Shown: piece by piece, positions 1 to 16,131 of the stretch
Position numbering within the stretch: the first letter of the stretch is position 1
Layout of the letters: each line of letters begins with the position of its first letter
Source of the DNA: Octopus sinensis
Lineage: Eukaryota
DNA length: 64,000 bases
Direction: 5' to 3'
Assembly: GCF_006345805.1 (NCBI RefSeq)
Contig: NC_043004.1
Span: forward strand, 88,784,001 to 88,848,000
Notes under the pieces: model-generated
Database searches by the model: none
What the model was told of the DNA's origin: nothing
Seen by the model: only the letters and a program-made list of their open reading frames with translations
Made by a program: the position numbers and the translations under genes

Positions 1-502
1 TCCTTTGCGCAAGTTGTTTGCATGGTAACTGAAAATTACTTGTTCACTGCACATGGAAACTTAAAAATTACCGGTACATTTCACACAGGAAGTTAAAATT
101 TACCGATGGACTTTGCATAGGAAATTTAAAATTACTGTTACAAGTCAAAAATTGGCGGTACTTTTCGCATGGACAATTTAAAGCGGTGAGCTGGGAGAAT
201 TGTTAGCGCGTCAGGTAAAATGCTTAATGATATTTCTTCCGGTTCTTCACTTTCTGTGTTCAAATTCCACCGAGATACGTTTTGCCTTCCACACATTCGG
301 AATCGATAAAACAAGTACCACATGAGCGCTGGGATCAATATAAGTCGACTTACCCTCTCCACGTGAAAAGTACTGGTTTTGTGCCAAAATTATGGGAACA
401 TTTCATTTGGAAATTCAAAAATAATTCGCGAATTATGGTAAGTTAAAACTGGCTGGTGCACATCAAATGTAGAGTTTTGTAAAGAAGACAATGTTTTGCA
501 CA

Positions 503-1210
<708 letters not shown>

Positions 1211-1825
1211 CTAGGGGAAATATTCCCTATTTTTGTTTAATTATTATGGAGTATAATAAAATAATGACAACTCATTTTTCAAAATGATCGACCATTAATA
1301 TGCAATTCTAAATATTTGAATTATGCTTCAAAACCCTTCGACCAACCTAGAAACCCTTTGCAGCTCTCCGTTTGGCCGCAGTCTAATGACTGAAACAAAT
1401 AAAAGATTAAAGATATATATCTATATATGGAAGAATTTTAAAATTTTCCAGAGACGAGAAAAAAATCGTTTTGACAGTGGAACGTGAAGTAAATATAGTT
1501 ATAAATAATAACGTGTGAATGCTGAGTACAAAACCCATGGACGGAAAATTCGGAGGTTAAGGTAGAGATTAGTTACTGTCAAATTTGTTGTCTTTTAACG
1601 AAATCAATAGCTTCCACTCTAAAACAATAAATACGATAATGCGATATCACGCCGCTACGATTTCCTTGTTCATGTTTTACCTCAAGAGCAGACTAACAAT
1701 ACCTAGTATTGTTCTTTCTTGATGGTCACGAATATCTCAGATATATTTTTGAATTACCGAATGTGATGGATTGAAAAGCGTGTTTTACCTGAATCACTGT
1801 CTCTCTGATGATAATATACAATCAA

Positions 1826-2265
1826 AGAAGGCAGCGAGTTAGCAGAAGCGTTAGCATGCCGGGCGAAATGCTTAGAAGTATTTCGTCTGTCTTTACGTTC
1901 AGAGTTCAAATTCCGCCGAGGTCGACTTTGCCTTTCATCCATTCGGGGTCGATAAATAAAGTACCAGTTAATCCCTTTGTCTGTCCTTGTTTGTCCCCTC
2001 TATGTTTTGCCCCTTGTGGGTAGTAAAGAAATAAATATAAATCAAAGGAGGCAGCGAGTTAGCAGAAACGTTAGCACGCCGGGCGAAATGCTTAGAAGTA
2101 TTTCGTCTGTCTTTACGTTCAGAGTTCAAATTCCGACGAGGTCGACTTTGCCTTTCATCTCTTCGGGGTCGATAAATTAAGTAACAGTTGCGTACTGGGG
2201 TCGATTTAATCGACTGACACCCTTCCCCCAAAATTTCAGGCCTTGTGCCTAGAATAGAAAAGAAT
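1826..2265 (+). mobile_element. SINE family A (tRNA-derived), tandem copies
   Basis: aggcggcgagctggcagaaacgttagcacgccgggcgaaatg...gagttcaaattccgccgaggtcgactttgcctttcatcctttcggggtcgata consensus. Other copies at about 8556-8980(+), 15120-15325(-), 21300-21865(-), 22745-22985(+), 26810-27045(+), 33363-33765(+), 37165-37560(+), 41950-42185(-), 46733-47090(+), 59020-59150(+) and 59885-60060(+). Confidence 0.9.
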
Positions 2266-3284
2266 ATACAATCAAAGGTTATATACAGATTCAAATTCCG
2301 TCGCATATCTCCAGTTTATTTTCGATTTATTTGGATTCCATAGTTGTTTCCCTTGACTCTTTTGGCCAAAATTAAGCATTAAAAGTGATGATTTTTCTCC
2401 GCAGATCAATCAATTATAATTAATTGAACAAATTTTTACGTTCACTACGTATTTTAGTATTCGTGTTGCTGTTGTTATATTTATTTATTTATTTGGGGAG
2501 AGGCATAGATATCATTAAATTAATAATGTATTTTGATGGGTTTTATTCTCTTTTTAGTATTATTTTGTTGTCGTTTTATAACCTTTTCAACACTGTTTTT
2601 GTAGCCCAACATAGTAATTGTTATTGAATTTACAACAATCACTGTTCATATTTCTGTTAATACAATCAACTATTTTGTTACTTTTAGTCATGAATTAAGA
2701 GCTTGGTATTTTATGACGATAGACTGGTGTACTAATGGCGGAAGAGACGATAGTTTGTTTTTTTGTTTTGTTTTATTTTTCTAAGTTCTATTTTTTTGTT
2801 TGTTTGTTTTTCTTGGCTTTGTTTAGTTTTTGTTTTTTCAGTGATTGTCCTGTGTCCACGATCGATAAATTAACTCTGGTGAATGACATGAAAATTACAG
2901 CCTTCCATACCTTCTCTCTTCGTTATAAATCTAATACCTTGTGTCCCTGTGTGACAAATAATTATTCTACTAATAATACACCATGTAACACTACATAATG
3001 TTTGTGATAAATATGGATGCACATGTACATATAACGTCTGTATCATTTATGATCAGGAACGGACACAGAGAACAATTAGTTTAGGTTTACATTTATTTCT
3101 AGATTCTTTGTTTACGGGGTAGAAAATGATTTAACCTCCAATATGTTAGCAACGGGAGACTTAAATAATCATACTCCAGTATCATATTCAAAATGCGATG
3201 TGGGTTTCTATAATGTATATGACGTTAAATAACACAGGGTAGAATAACTGATATTAAACCAACAAATCCATATTAACTTAATAC

Positions 3285-3463
3285 AGTTCTATATTTAAGA
3301 GATGAGGAATATGTACATTATTTACATTTTTTACCTTTGACAGATATTTATCTTCATCTTGTTTGTTGTTAACGCAATGTTTCGGCTGATATAACCTCCA
3401 GCCTTCATCAGGTGCCTTGGGGAAATTTCGAACCTGGGTTCTCATTCCTAAGGTATTTTTCGA

Positions 3464-3511
<48 letters not shown>

Positions 3512-3523
3512 CATTATCATTAA

Positions 3524-3568
<45 letters not shown>

Positions 3569-3650
3569 TATTGTTCAGGTCACTGTCTGTAATCGAACTC
3601 GGAATCTTGGGGTTAGTAGCCCGTGCTCTTAACCACTGCGCCATATGCCC
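3285..3650 (-). mobile_element. Composite element: tRNA-derived head, (AAT)n and Penelope-pLTR-like tail
   Basis: Minus strand: A-box tggcgcagtgg, B-box gagttcgatt, (AAT)n, then ...cacCTGATGAaggctg...cagccGAAAc...tgtaaataatgt. Confidence 0.7.
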
Positions 3651-3654
3651 GTCA

Positions 3655-3740
3655 GCATATGGCGTAGAGGTTAAGAGAGCGTAGTGGTTAAGAAGGCGGC
3701 CTAGTAACCCCAAGATTCCGAGTTCGATTCCAGGCAGTAG

Positions 3741-3812
<72 letters not shown>

Positions 3813-3990
3813 TAATAATAATAATAAAATCGAAAAATACCTTAGGAATGAGAACCCAGGTTCGGAATTTCCCCAAGAGACCTGAGGAAGGCTGGAGGGT
3901 ATATCAGCCGAAACGTTGTTAACAACAAATAAGATGAGGACAAATATCCGTGAAATGTAAATAATGTAAATAATGTTCATATTAACTTAT
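3655..3990 (+). mobile_element. Second, diverged copy of the composite element, head-to-head with the first
   Basis: Head ggcgtagtggttaag...cctagtaaccccaagattccgagttcgattccaggcagtagcct resembles tRNA-Thr(AGT). Tail has CTGAGGA (3882-3888) and GAAA (3910-3913). Confidence 0.7.
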
Positions 3991-4595
3991 CTCAACATTG
4001 TTAAGTATTAGATATCAAAGCTTGGTTGAGGACAACTGAATACAGATATTGCACAGGACACTGATATCTTTATGAAAATATATTTAAATTTTTTTCTAAG
4101 TTCAACCAATGAACGAATATTTTGTTTTGCTGATAGTATAAATAGAAGCCAGCTGCTGCTTGGCTGGACTCGAAGTAGATGTTATGTGAAGGGAACATTT
4201 TCAGCGACGGTACTTCTGACAAAACCCATCTTAGTTAAGGAATAATTTGGTTGGGGAATTAAACACATCCGCACGCATGCATGCACAAGCATTCACACGC
4301 TCGTGTACACACACATGCATGCACACACACATGCATGCACACACATATAGATTGTATGTTGCGTTCATTAATATAGATATGTATGTGGGGGATGCATGTG
4401 TGTGTGTGTTATATTGATAATCACTAATTTGATTAAGTGCCAACGCATGAAACTTTCGTCCCCTGAGTCACTCTGTAAATTCTGTCGATTATAATTAACA
4501 AACATATACATATATATTGCTCCGTGCTTGTCTCTCATTATGTGTTTACGTACTTTTCCCTCGTTGGTGATGTCCTGTACTTGATGTATTATATA

Positions 4596-4644
<49 letters not shown>

Positions 4645-4649
4645 CATAC

Positions 4650-4683
<34 letters not shown>

Positions 4684-4774
4684 ATACATATATATACATA
4701 TATATATACATAATACATACATATATATATACACATATATATATACATATATATATATATATTATATATATATA

Positions 4775-4823
<49 letters not shown>

Positions 4824-5118
4824 ATATATACACACATATATTTGCAGCTTTTAATAAAGCTGGTCTTCGTATGAAACAATTGTACTGAAAAACTAATCCA
4901 TTCTTGTTGCTTTTTTCTTGTTTATAATCACCCCACACTATTTTATGGTTAATACCATATAGTTTTCTGGTGCATCTAAATTAAGTACCGCATTCAAGTG
5001 AATTCAATAGCACTCACTTGAATCTTAATTGCTTTTACTTTATATACACATGTATATATACACATATATATATATATATATGTTTCAAGTTCTATTTGTC
5101 CTGTTTGCATTATCAAAC

Positions 5119-5195
<77 letters not shown>

Positions 5196-7695
5196 CATAG
5201 ATAGATAGATAGATAGATAGATTAAATTCTGTGTGCGTATATGTGAGTTTGCACGCGCGAGGATTTTACGATATATTACAAGTGTATGGTATTTGTGCAT
5301 ACGTCACTTTGCATGTGTGCACGTCTGTACCTGATTGTTTTTATAGGTTATTAAAATCCCAGTTATTAAAATGCCCGTAAATTTTGAAATCAAAACGTCT
5401 ATTTTCTCCGTTACAAATAATACAAACATTGTTTAAAGTAATACATTTTATGCAGAATTACCGTGATTCTCATATAATAAATTGACCGCTAATTGAGTGA
5501 GTCGTTTATGTCCCGAGCAAAACCGGCAAACGTCCTTCTAGTAAAACTAATAAAACTATATGCTATGCAGTGTGTCATATTAACAATAACATATCGCTGA
5601 TGTCGAATCCGTGCAATATGAGTTATAAAAGCGATTTATATTTCCTTGTTGAATTCAGTGAACATGTACATACTTATTGCAATGTGTCGACTTTAGATTA
5701 AGTTTATGCCTTCATATGCGTGTGTTCGTATGTTAGTAAGTGTACTCAAATGCTTTCCCATTAGAAAGTACGATCGCAGTTTTAGGCATGCTTTCATCAT
5801 AAACTAAGAGATAGAAACTTTAACGACATCATGCACGTTTGAGTATCCACGACATCTCCATATATAGAAGCATCTACCTTTCACATCTTTCTCCAGCTAG
5901 CTTTCATACTAAGTCTTATCTTCTTTCTCTTCTTTCATAGTATTCCTCTTCATTTATTTATTCCCTTTTCTGTCATTCACTCTCTTAGTTGCGATCTCTC
6001 TTTTCCATTCTCCCTTTCTGTATATATAGCTTTATCTATAGTTCTATCTAACTATTTATCTCTCAATTTATCTCTCGTTCTCACATACACATTTTCTCTC
6101 TCTCTCTCTCTCTCTCTCTTTGACTATTTATCTATTTCCCACCCATATATGCCTTTACTGTCTCCATACATATGCATAAACAGTTTAGATTAAGCCAGAA
6201 GAGCAAATCTATCAAAAGTCGGTTCAGGGAAAGACGATATAATGAACGTGCGATATTACTATTGAGTGTAAATCTAACGTAAGTACAAGAGAAAAAAGAT
6301 TTTCCGCGTTATTTTACGCATTTAGAAAAGTATCACTATATCGAAATCCTCCATTGTATTTGATTTCATTCGATTCTTCATGCGAGGAAGCCAAATGAGA
6401 CTGTCGATAAAAGAGATTGGAATATGACAATTTCTCTTCTTCTTTTGTAATCCTTGTCAATAACATCGTTCTGATATTAACAAAATACAACATAACATAT
6501 TTTCCGTATAACTTATATTAACAAGGAGCTGAAAGAATTAATCCTCTTTGCAACAAAATGGCGATTTCAAAACGTTTCTTTCAATATTTGATTTTTCGAA
6601 GCTTTGACTTGTCGTTATCTTGCCTTCATTTAATTGTATATGATGCTTGAGGGAGTTGGTGTTTTCCAGTTGTAGCCTCACCACCTACCACTGCAATTCA
6701 ATTAATTTATGGATTGTGTAACGAGGAGCCATGTTAGCAAAATATATTACATTGAGAGAGACATTAGGACAGTCATTTTGTTGCGATGTTAATCCATAAA
6801 TATGAAAAGCGTTGATAGTTTTGTACGTCTACGTATACATATGCGTATGCATATATGCCTATATTTAAACGCAAATATGTGTGTGTGTATATATATATAT
6901 ATACATTACATACATGTGTGTGAACGTGTGTGTGTACGTATATGCTTATATGTATATATATATATATTTGAATATATTTGTGTGTGTGTATATTATATAT
7001 AAATATGTATATACTTATGAATATATGTGAATATATATATATATGAATATTTGTATAATATATAAATGCATATACACATATATACATATATATATATGTA
7101 TGCATGTTTACATGTATGTATATATATATAGATATATAGATAGATATATGTGCATGTATGTATGCATGTGTACATGTATGTATGCACATATACAAATGTA
7201 TGTATATATACATGTATGTATATTTATGTATGCATGTGTACATGTATGTGTGTGCGCGTGTGTATGTATATATACACATACATACATAGCACTTTTATTA
7301 GCAACGAATTTTGTTTTCACTTATTTGGCCAACTCACAACGCTCAGTGATCAGCAATAAATTTAGTGCAAATATATGCATAAAATAGAAGAAATATTTCA
7401 TAGGTCACGTACGTAAATCCCATAAGCAATTTTCTTGTAAATATGGCCAAATTCTGAAGCTTTCCAACAGCACGACAAAAGATATTGCTCCATTGCAAAT
7501 ACACGTATCTTTTCCAATAATTTCGCAGGATGTTATCGTAAGAAGACAATGCTTGTCAGAAACTGTAAAGTTATAAAGCAAAAGTGTCATTGTTTAGAAG
7601 CCTTATGAAGTGTGTCTCCAAGAAAGGACCAAAGATTTAATGAGAATGGTTTTCAGAATTTTGGAATTTATATATATGCCGAGAAATATTATTAA

Positions 7696-8453
<758 letters not shown>

Positions 8454-8476
8454 ATTATTATTATTATTATTAGTAT

Positions 8477-8522
<46 letters not shown>

Positions 8523-9907
8523 TAGTAGTAGTAGTAGTCTCATTATTATTATTCAAGGCGGCCAGCTGGCAGAAACGTTAGCACGCCGGGCGAAATGCTA
8601 AGCAGTATTTCGTCTACCGCTACGTTCTAAGTTCAAATTCTGCCGAGGTCGACTTTACCTTTCATCCCTTCGAGGTCAATAAATTAAATACCAGTCAAGT
8701 ACTGGGGTCGATATAATCGACTATACCCTTCCCCTCAAATTCCAGGCCTTCTGACTATAGTAGAAAGCATTATCATCATTATTAGCATTAAGGCGGCGAG
8801 CAAGCAGAATCATTACTTCCCCGGAGAAACTTCTTAGCAGCATTTCTTCTAGCTCCTTACGATCTGAGTTCAAATTCCGCTGAGGTTGCCTTTGTCTTTA
8901 ATAAGTACCAGTTTAGTACTGGGATGGAAGCAATTGACTTGCCCCTCCTCATAAAATCGCTGGCTTTGTACCAAAATTTACAACAGTTAATGTATAACCA
9001 GTTGAAACTGCGAAAGATAACGTTGTATAATATTCATATTTAACAGACGTAACATGAAAACGAACGCCATGACATGACTCGTCCCTACTCTACACACACA
9101 ACAAAAACACAACACTCAGCTCTACATTTTATTAGTTTACAACTGTACCCAAATAGCACATTCTATTCGAGACAACGATAGAACCTGTGAGTGGCCTATG
9201 TTCAGCTTGAAATCACAGCAAGATCGAATCAAACCCTACTATCACAAAAATAAAAGACATGTCTAAGATACGACGAAATAACATCACAAAAGCTGCAGGG
9301 GCTACTTAAAGATATCATAAGCGTTTCTCCTGATGTTGACTAAACCTGTCACTGTGTTGGAAACCCTTCCGTTATCTTCAACATGCATTTCAGGATCGTT
9401 TATACATTAAAGCTTTAAAAAATAAAAAGACAAAATGTTTGTGATTTGAACACTCTTGAACACAGGTAAGCGTTATCAAGGATGGCCAGAGACTAAAAAA
9501 CAACAACAACAACAACAGCAACAACAATGACAAGAACATTATGCTTAACTGTACCTCAAAACATAGAAAATCATAATACTATTCACCACAAGCTACCACA
9601 TCGCTTACAATAACACCATTCTAAAATACTCAATTAAAATCCCACGTAATGGCGATTTTAACACCATATTGTTCAAAATATGGATTACATTGACAGAAAC
9701 CTTTAGCCATAGAATTAACGACTATAGTCATTAATGGAAAGAAAATAAAAATTGTTTATCAAAAACCAACTCTAAGGTTATCAACACTATTCGCTATTTT
9801 ATTCGTGTCAAAGTATTAACTTTGCTATTTCCACACCATCCTTCATTTTTACTCTGTTCAACGCACTAATCTCCTCGTGTTTTCGCTCTTCTTTCTAAGC
9901 TTTACTC

Positions 9908-9985
<78 letters not shown>

Positions 9986-10645
9986 TCTCTTTTTCTCTCC
10001 CTCTCCCTCTCCCCCTCTCTCTCATTGCATCTATATATTTCTTTCTGTTTATTGTATGAGTTTTCTCTCCCTCTGCCTGTCCGTCTATTTCAATACATTT
10101 CCGTCGTTCTCGCATTTCTCTGTTTTCTTTTTAATATTTCGAAGGGTTTTCTCTTTCTCTTTCTCTCTCTGTCTCTCTTCCTCTCTCTTTACCTCAATAT
10201 CATGTCTAGGTTTTCTCTCTCCCTTTCTCCCTCTCTTTCTTTCTCTCTCTCTTTCTCTATCCGTCTAACTATCTATCTATCTTTCTATCTAACTGTCTAT
10301 CTCTCTATCTATCTACCTCTCACCCTAACTGTCTATATATCACTCGTTCTCGTAGTTTCCTTTCTATCTTTCTCTATTTCTCCCAATCGTTTTTCTCACT
10401 CGAATTTCTTTTTTCTCTCTCTCTCGCTCTCTCTCTCTCTCTCCCACTCTCTTTCGACCACTTTCTCCTTCTATATTTCCCCTTCTCTCCTCTCCATCTC
10501 TCTTTCTCTTAAGGGTTTTCCTTCTCTTTTTCCCTCTCAAAGAAATTTCCTCTAAATTTTCATTCTCTTATCCTTCCAATTTTTCCTTCCGTCGCGCGCG
10601 CTATCTATTTTTCTATCTATCTGTCTATGTAGCAAACTAGCTAAT

Positions 10646-10713
<68 letters not shown>

Positions 10714-10718
10714 CAGAC

Positions 10719-10789
<71 letters not shown>

Positions 10790-10978
10790 CAGAAAGACAG
10801 ATAGATAGCCCTGTCTCTCTATCTTGCCCCCCTCCCCTTTTTCTGTTATATCTTTTTTTCTTGGTTTATCTTTCCTTCTCTCTGTTCCTCGAAATCTTGC
10901 TTCATTTCTATTAATCTTTTGTCGGTCTCTTGTTTTCTAATCCCTCCCCATCTCTCTCCTCTCTCTTTCTCTCTCTCA

Positions 10979-11037
<59 letters not shown>

Positions 11038-11287
11038 CGTCTATATATCTTGATCTCCCTCCTATCATTTTAAATCTATTTTGCTTGGATTAACTCTCTC
11101 TCTCTTTCTCTCTCTTACCTTCTCTATCTCTCAGTCCCTCTCTCTCTGCTCTCTCTCACTCTCTCCCTCTCTTTCAATCTCTTTCTCACTCACTCGCTCG
11201 CTGTCTCTCTCTCTCTGTCACTTTCACTTCATTTTCATCAAGGTTTTTCTTTCGCTTCTTTAGCTTTCTCCCCTTCTTTCTCTCCCC

Positions 11288-11318
<31 letters not shown>

Positions 11319-11719
11319 TTCGCTCCCTCGCATTCTTTCTATCCTTCTCGCTCTCCCTCTCCTCCTTGCTCCCTTTCTCCCCTTCTCTCACCCTCACTCC
11401 CTCACTCTCTCTCCATCCCTCTCTCTCTCTCTTTCTCTCTCCCTTATCTTACCAATTCCTCTCACTAGATTCCTCTGCCCCTTTTCTTTTCCATTTTCAC
11501 CAGAACCAGCCAACTCCTCCGTCGTCAAACAGTTCAATTTTCTGGTTAATTGATTTTACAGACGCTGACCAATTCTTTTTCATTTATTGAAAGGTGATAT
11601 AAATCAATAATCGATCATGTTAGATACTGTCTGTTATTGTGTCCATCACAGCAACAAGAACAGCAACAAACAATTTCGTGTCCCCAACATAAAAAAAGAA
11701 AACCACATTAGCAACTACA

Positions 11720-11995
11720 ACAACAATGACAACAACGATATCAATAGCGGTAACTAACAACAATTGCAAAACGAACCGTAACTCTGAAAGCTGGGACGAT
11801 ATCTACAACAATGGCTTTAAAACTACGATGATGATGATGATGATGATGATGACGATGATGATGATGATGACGATGATAATGACGATGGCGATGATGATGG
11901 CGATGATGATGATGATGGCGATGATGAAAATGATGATGAGGAGGAGGAGGAGGAAGAGGAGGATGGCGATGATGATGATGATGGTGATGATGAAA

Positions 11996-12033
<38 letters not shown>

Positions 12034-12424
12034 AATAACGATAATGATGATAACGTCGACGACGATGAGGATGATGATAATAATAATACTAATGATGATG
12101 GTGGTGATGGTGATGATGATGATGATGATAATAATTGAGCTAAAAAAAGACTTCACCAAGGTTTCATTATCGGGATGGAACCGTGGATAATTAGTCAGGA
12201 AAAATACAAAACTGAGTGAAATAATGATGGTCTGTGTAGGCAGTGTTTATTCTGTTTTTATGCATTTTGTCAAATAAATAAGAGAACGAGAGAAAGACGA
12301 CGACGACGACGAGGACGATGATCATGATCATGATGGCGGTGCTGGTGGTGGTGATGGTGCGATTGTGGGTGGTGGGACTGCTGCTGTTGCTGCTGGTTGA
12401 AAGTGTTGAAAGTGCAGGTGAATG

Positions 12425-12492
<68 letters not shown>

Positions 12493-12520
12493 ATGATGAC
12501 GACGATGATAATGATGAAGA
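11720..12520. repeat. Compound trinucleotide arrays (GAT/GAC/GAG/GGT)n
   Basis: Visible directly; similar arrays at 23830-24060, 48260-48430 and 55750-55920. Confidence 0.95.
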
Positions 12521-12606
12521 TGTGGTATACTGTTTTTGTTTAATTTTTAATATCGGAGACGGAAGCAGACAGACGTAGTGAGTGAAAGAGAGAGAGAGAG
12601 TGGGAT

Positions 12607-12638
<32 letters not shown>

Positions 12639-13149
12639 TACAGACAGACAGACAGAGAGACAGAGAGACAGGCAGACAGATAGAGAGCAGGAGAGTGAGA
12701 AAGAGTGAGAAAGAAAGAATGACAGAGACAGAGCGAGACAGAGAGAGACAGAGAGAGACAGAAATCGAGAGGGAGAGAGGAGTCGTATCTTTGCATATTC
12801 TATTATTAATACAACAGTTTTATCAGAAACTCCAAGATTGAAAGTTATGGAGTGAAATACAAAGATGACCTTTAGCCAGCTGTGAGAAAGCAATGGTTGG
12901 TTTAAGTGATATTGCCATCATTCTCTTCCTTCCGCCACTCATCCTTCATCTGGTAATATTAAGATATCATATTTTATTCAGACATTTTGTTAAACTCTTC
13001 TTATCGACAACTGCCTTTCAAAAACAATTCAAAAGTAAACATTAACATTTGTTAGTCAGAGGAAAAGTTTGGAATGAAGAATTTCTCATGATTGAGAGGA
13101 AATTGCTTTTAGATAGCAAAAGAAAATCATAAGAACCGTATGCAAACTT

Positions 13150-13850
13150 GCATATGAAAATGCATACATACAACACATATGCATACACATACAAATATAT
13201 ATACATACATACGTACATATATACATACACACATATGTGCATACATTCATGTACACATACATACAAAAATATTTACATACATACATACATATATTCAAGC
13301 ACATACACTTACATTCATGCATGCATACATACATACAATCATATACACGTACATACATACATACATACAATAATATACACATACATACATATATTTATAC
13401 GTAAATACATACACTCATATATACATACATACATTTATACGTACATACATACATTTATACATACATATATTTATACATACGTACAAACATACATACATGC
13501 ATATATACATACAAACATATTTACATACATGCATTCATACATACATCATACATATCCATATGCATATATTCATACACAAACACTTACATACATACATACA
13601 TACATACAATCATATACACGTACAAAGGTACATACATACGTACGTAAAATCATATACACGTACGTACATACATACATTCATACATACATACATACATACA
13701 TTTATTTATACATACATGCATACATACATTTATTTATACATACATACATACATACATACACACATTCATACATACATACATACATACATACATACATACA
13801 TACATACATACATACATACATACATACATAATGCGTACGTACGTACCTAA
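13150..13850. repeat. (TACA)n compound microsatellite (representative of many TA, CA, CT, GATA and TATG arrays)
   Basis: Visible directly; these arrays generate most of the low-complexity ORFs in the track. Confidence 0.95.
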
Positions 13851-14836
13851 GTACGTACATGGCTGAACTTGGTTCTTGGGGAGCAAAACCTTAACTCACA
13901 CGCTAAAAGTAATCACGAAATCTTGTACAATAAAAATCTGTAAGATTTTCTTAAGATTTAAAGAATGCTGAAAAAATCAAGCTCCATCCCTTTACAACCT
14001 TGCTAACAAGTAGGTGGCTGGTCAAATTCAAAACACACAAACACACATACACACATATACACATACACACCCACTCACTCACACTAACACACGCAATGGC
14101 GCATTTATATATGTATATTTATAAGCAAATATGTGTATACTCTTTTACTCTCTTTTACTCTTTTACTTGTTTTAGTCATTTGACTGTGGCCATGATGGAG
14201 CGCCGCTTTTAGTCGAGCAAATAGTCGAGGACTTATTCTTTGTAAGTCTAGTACTTATTCTATCGGTCTATTTTGCCGAACCGCTAAGTTACGGGGACGT
14301 AGACACACCAGCATCGGTTGTCAAGCGATGTTGGGGGGGGGACAAACACAGACACACACACACATACTCGTACAGATACATATATATATACATATATACG
14401 ACGAGCTTCTTTCAGTTTCCGTCTACCAAATCCACTCACAAGGTTTTGGTCGGCCCGAGGCTATAGTAGAAGACACTTGCCCACGGTGCCACGCAGTGGG
14501 ACTGAACCCGAAACCATGTGGTTCGTAAGCAAGCGACTTACCACACAGCCACTCCTAAGAACAAAACGAGAAAGGGCGCTTTGCTCTCATGGATTATTCG
14601 GAGGTTACCGTGGTATTTTTTTCGTAAGTTTTCCTTTCCACGGATAACCCTAGTCAGTGTTATATTTTCTCCCCCCTTTTGAGAATTTCTGTTGTTAAAA
14701 CGTTACCTTGCTATTTCTTTGTGTACACGTTCCAAAACGTTTTTGATCCCTATTGATCGGTTTTGAAAAGAAAAATTCTATATTGTATTGTCCCCTCTGT
14801 TTTCGGCAGTGCGTGGCTTAATATAGCTTAATACAG

Positions 14837-14879
<43 letters not shown>

Positions 14880-15602
14880 ATATACATATGTATGTATGTA
14901 TGTATATATATATATATACACACACACATTCATCTGTAAATACGACGGTACAACGGGCTTCCACCCAGTTTCCGTCAACCAAATTCTCTCACAAGGCTTT
15001 GGTCCACCCCGGATTATAGCAGAAGACACTTGCTTAAGGTACTGCGGTTCGGGTCTGAGCCCGAAACCACGTGGTCGCAAAGCACGTGTCTTAACTTTTA
15101 TATGATTGATTTAAAATTTTAGCACAAAACCAGCAATCTAGAAGGAGGGCTAAAATCGATTATACCGACCCAATTGCTCAACTAATACTCATTTTATCGA
15201 CTCTGAAAAGTTGAAAGGCAAAGTCGACCTCGGTGGAACTTATTCTCAGAACGTACAGACGGACGAAATACCGCTAAGCATTTTGCCCGGAGTGTTAACG
15301 ATTCTGTCAACACGCTGCCATTTTGTTTTGCCTTCCTCATCCTTAACTCCGTAATGTTGGCATAACTTCTTACGTCTGAATGACTATATATGAGACAATG
15401 TAGCCTGAGACAATGTAGAGAAATGCTTCTTTTCAACCTTCACAAAATATAACGCAGTTGTCTACTGCATTTTGCTTCATTACATGTTCTGGGTCATTTC
15501 TGTTGAGAAGGCTTTGATTCTATGCCGTGGTGAAGGTTCGTATTTAAGGCCTCTGCGTCAGAGTCATTATTGCGAATATTCTTAATGTGTATATATATTA
15601 CA

Positions 15603-15826
15603 CAGGGTTGGCCAAAAGCCATCCGACAGTAAATCAAAATTCCATAAATATTTGTAATTCTGTATTGACTCAAATGGAAAAATGTGTTGCTCAAGAAGGA
15701 CTTCAGTTTGAACAGTTTTCATGTTGTTTCATATTTAAATATTTTATTTAAATTCATTCACTTGTTAAACATAAATAAATCTTGGAATTTAATGGTTTTG
15801 ATTTACTGTCAGATGACTTTTGGCCA
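15603..15826. mobile_element. Tc1/mariner deletion derivative
   Basis: 31-bp inverted repeat tggccaaaag(c/t)catc(c/t)gacagtaaatcaaaa; internal KCVAQEGLQFEQF resembles a transposase C-terminus. Confidence 0.65.
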
Positions 15827-16131
15827 TATATGGTGGGGGTGTACATAATATTCTGAAAGGAATCCTCCAGGATCGAAACAAGTATCATGCAGTAAATTAG
15901 TCACCAATAAAATAAAATGCAACACGCTATGCTTATGAATTAGTGGTACGTCTGTGTGTGCGTGTGTATTGACAGATAGACAAATAGATAGATAGATAGA
16001 TACGGCCGGTTGGTCTCTTCTGTGAATGTATTCGTAAGTACTTCTTTTAGATGATGATTCACCCCATATCACAGCAATATCTTTGTGTTCGCTTGTGTAG
16101 GTTGTGCTGCAATACTTTAGTTAGATAGATA

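Noticed and set aside
20-480. Degenerate repeats of about 33 bp (aaaattac...atgga) at the window start
   Set aside because: Too decayed and cut by the window edge to classify.
1754-2306. Recurrent ORFs such as DERQSRPRRNLNSERK...
   Set aside because: Chance translations of SINE family A, recurring at every copy.
2280-2990. Possible GIY-YIG/Penelope coding relic (NYYVGL, KINW)
   Set aside because: Motifs are too short and broken to support a call.
3375-3415. Complete hammerhead ribozyme in the composite element tail (also 3878-3925 and 30929-30965)
   Set aside because: Core CTGANGA, stem II and GAAAC are present, but I found no stem I partner or properly placed NUH for type I or III. Reported only as HHR-like.
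3655-3745. Functional tRNA-Thr gene
   Set aside because: Anticodon and acceptor stems do not pair, the A-box segment is duplicated, and it is fused to repeat sequence; it is a SINE-type head.
9393-9465. Candidate exon tttcag...cag|gtaag
   Set aside because: Stops in all frames; a non-coding exon cannot be excluded but is unsupported.
11504-11593. Candidate exon with strong polypyrimidine tract and AG|GT ends
   Set aside because: Stops in all three frames, and the tract is part of a (CT)n array.
11726-12190. Poly-Met, poly-Ile, poly-Asp, poly-Gly and His/Tyr/Ile-rich ORFs here and throughout the track
   Set aside because: Translations of di-, tri- and tetranucleotide microsatellites.
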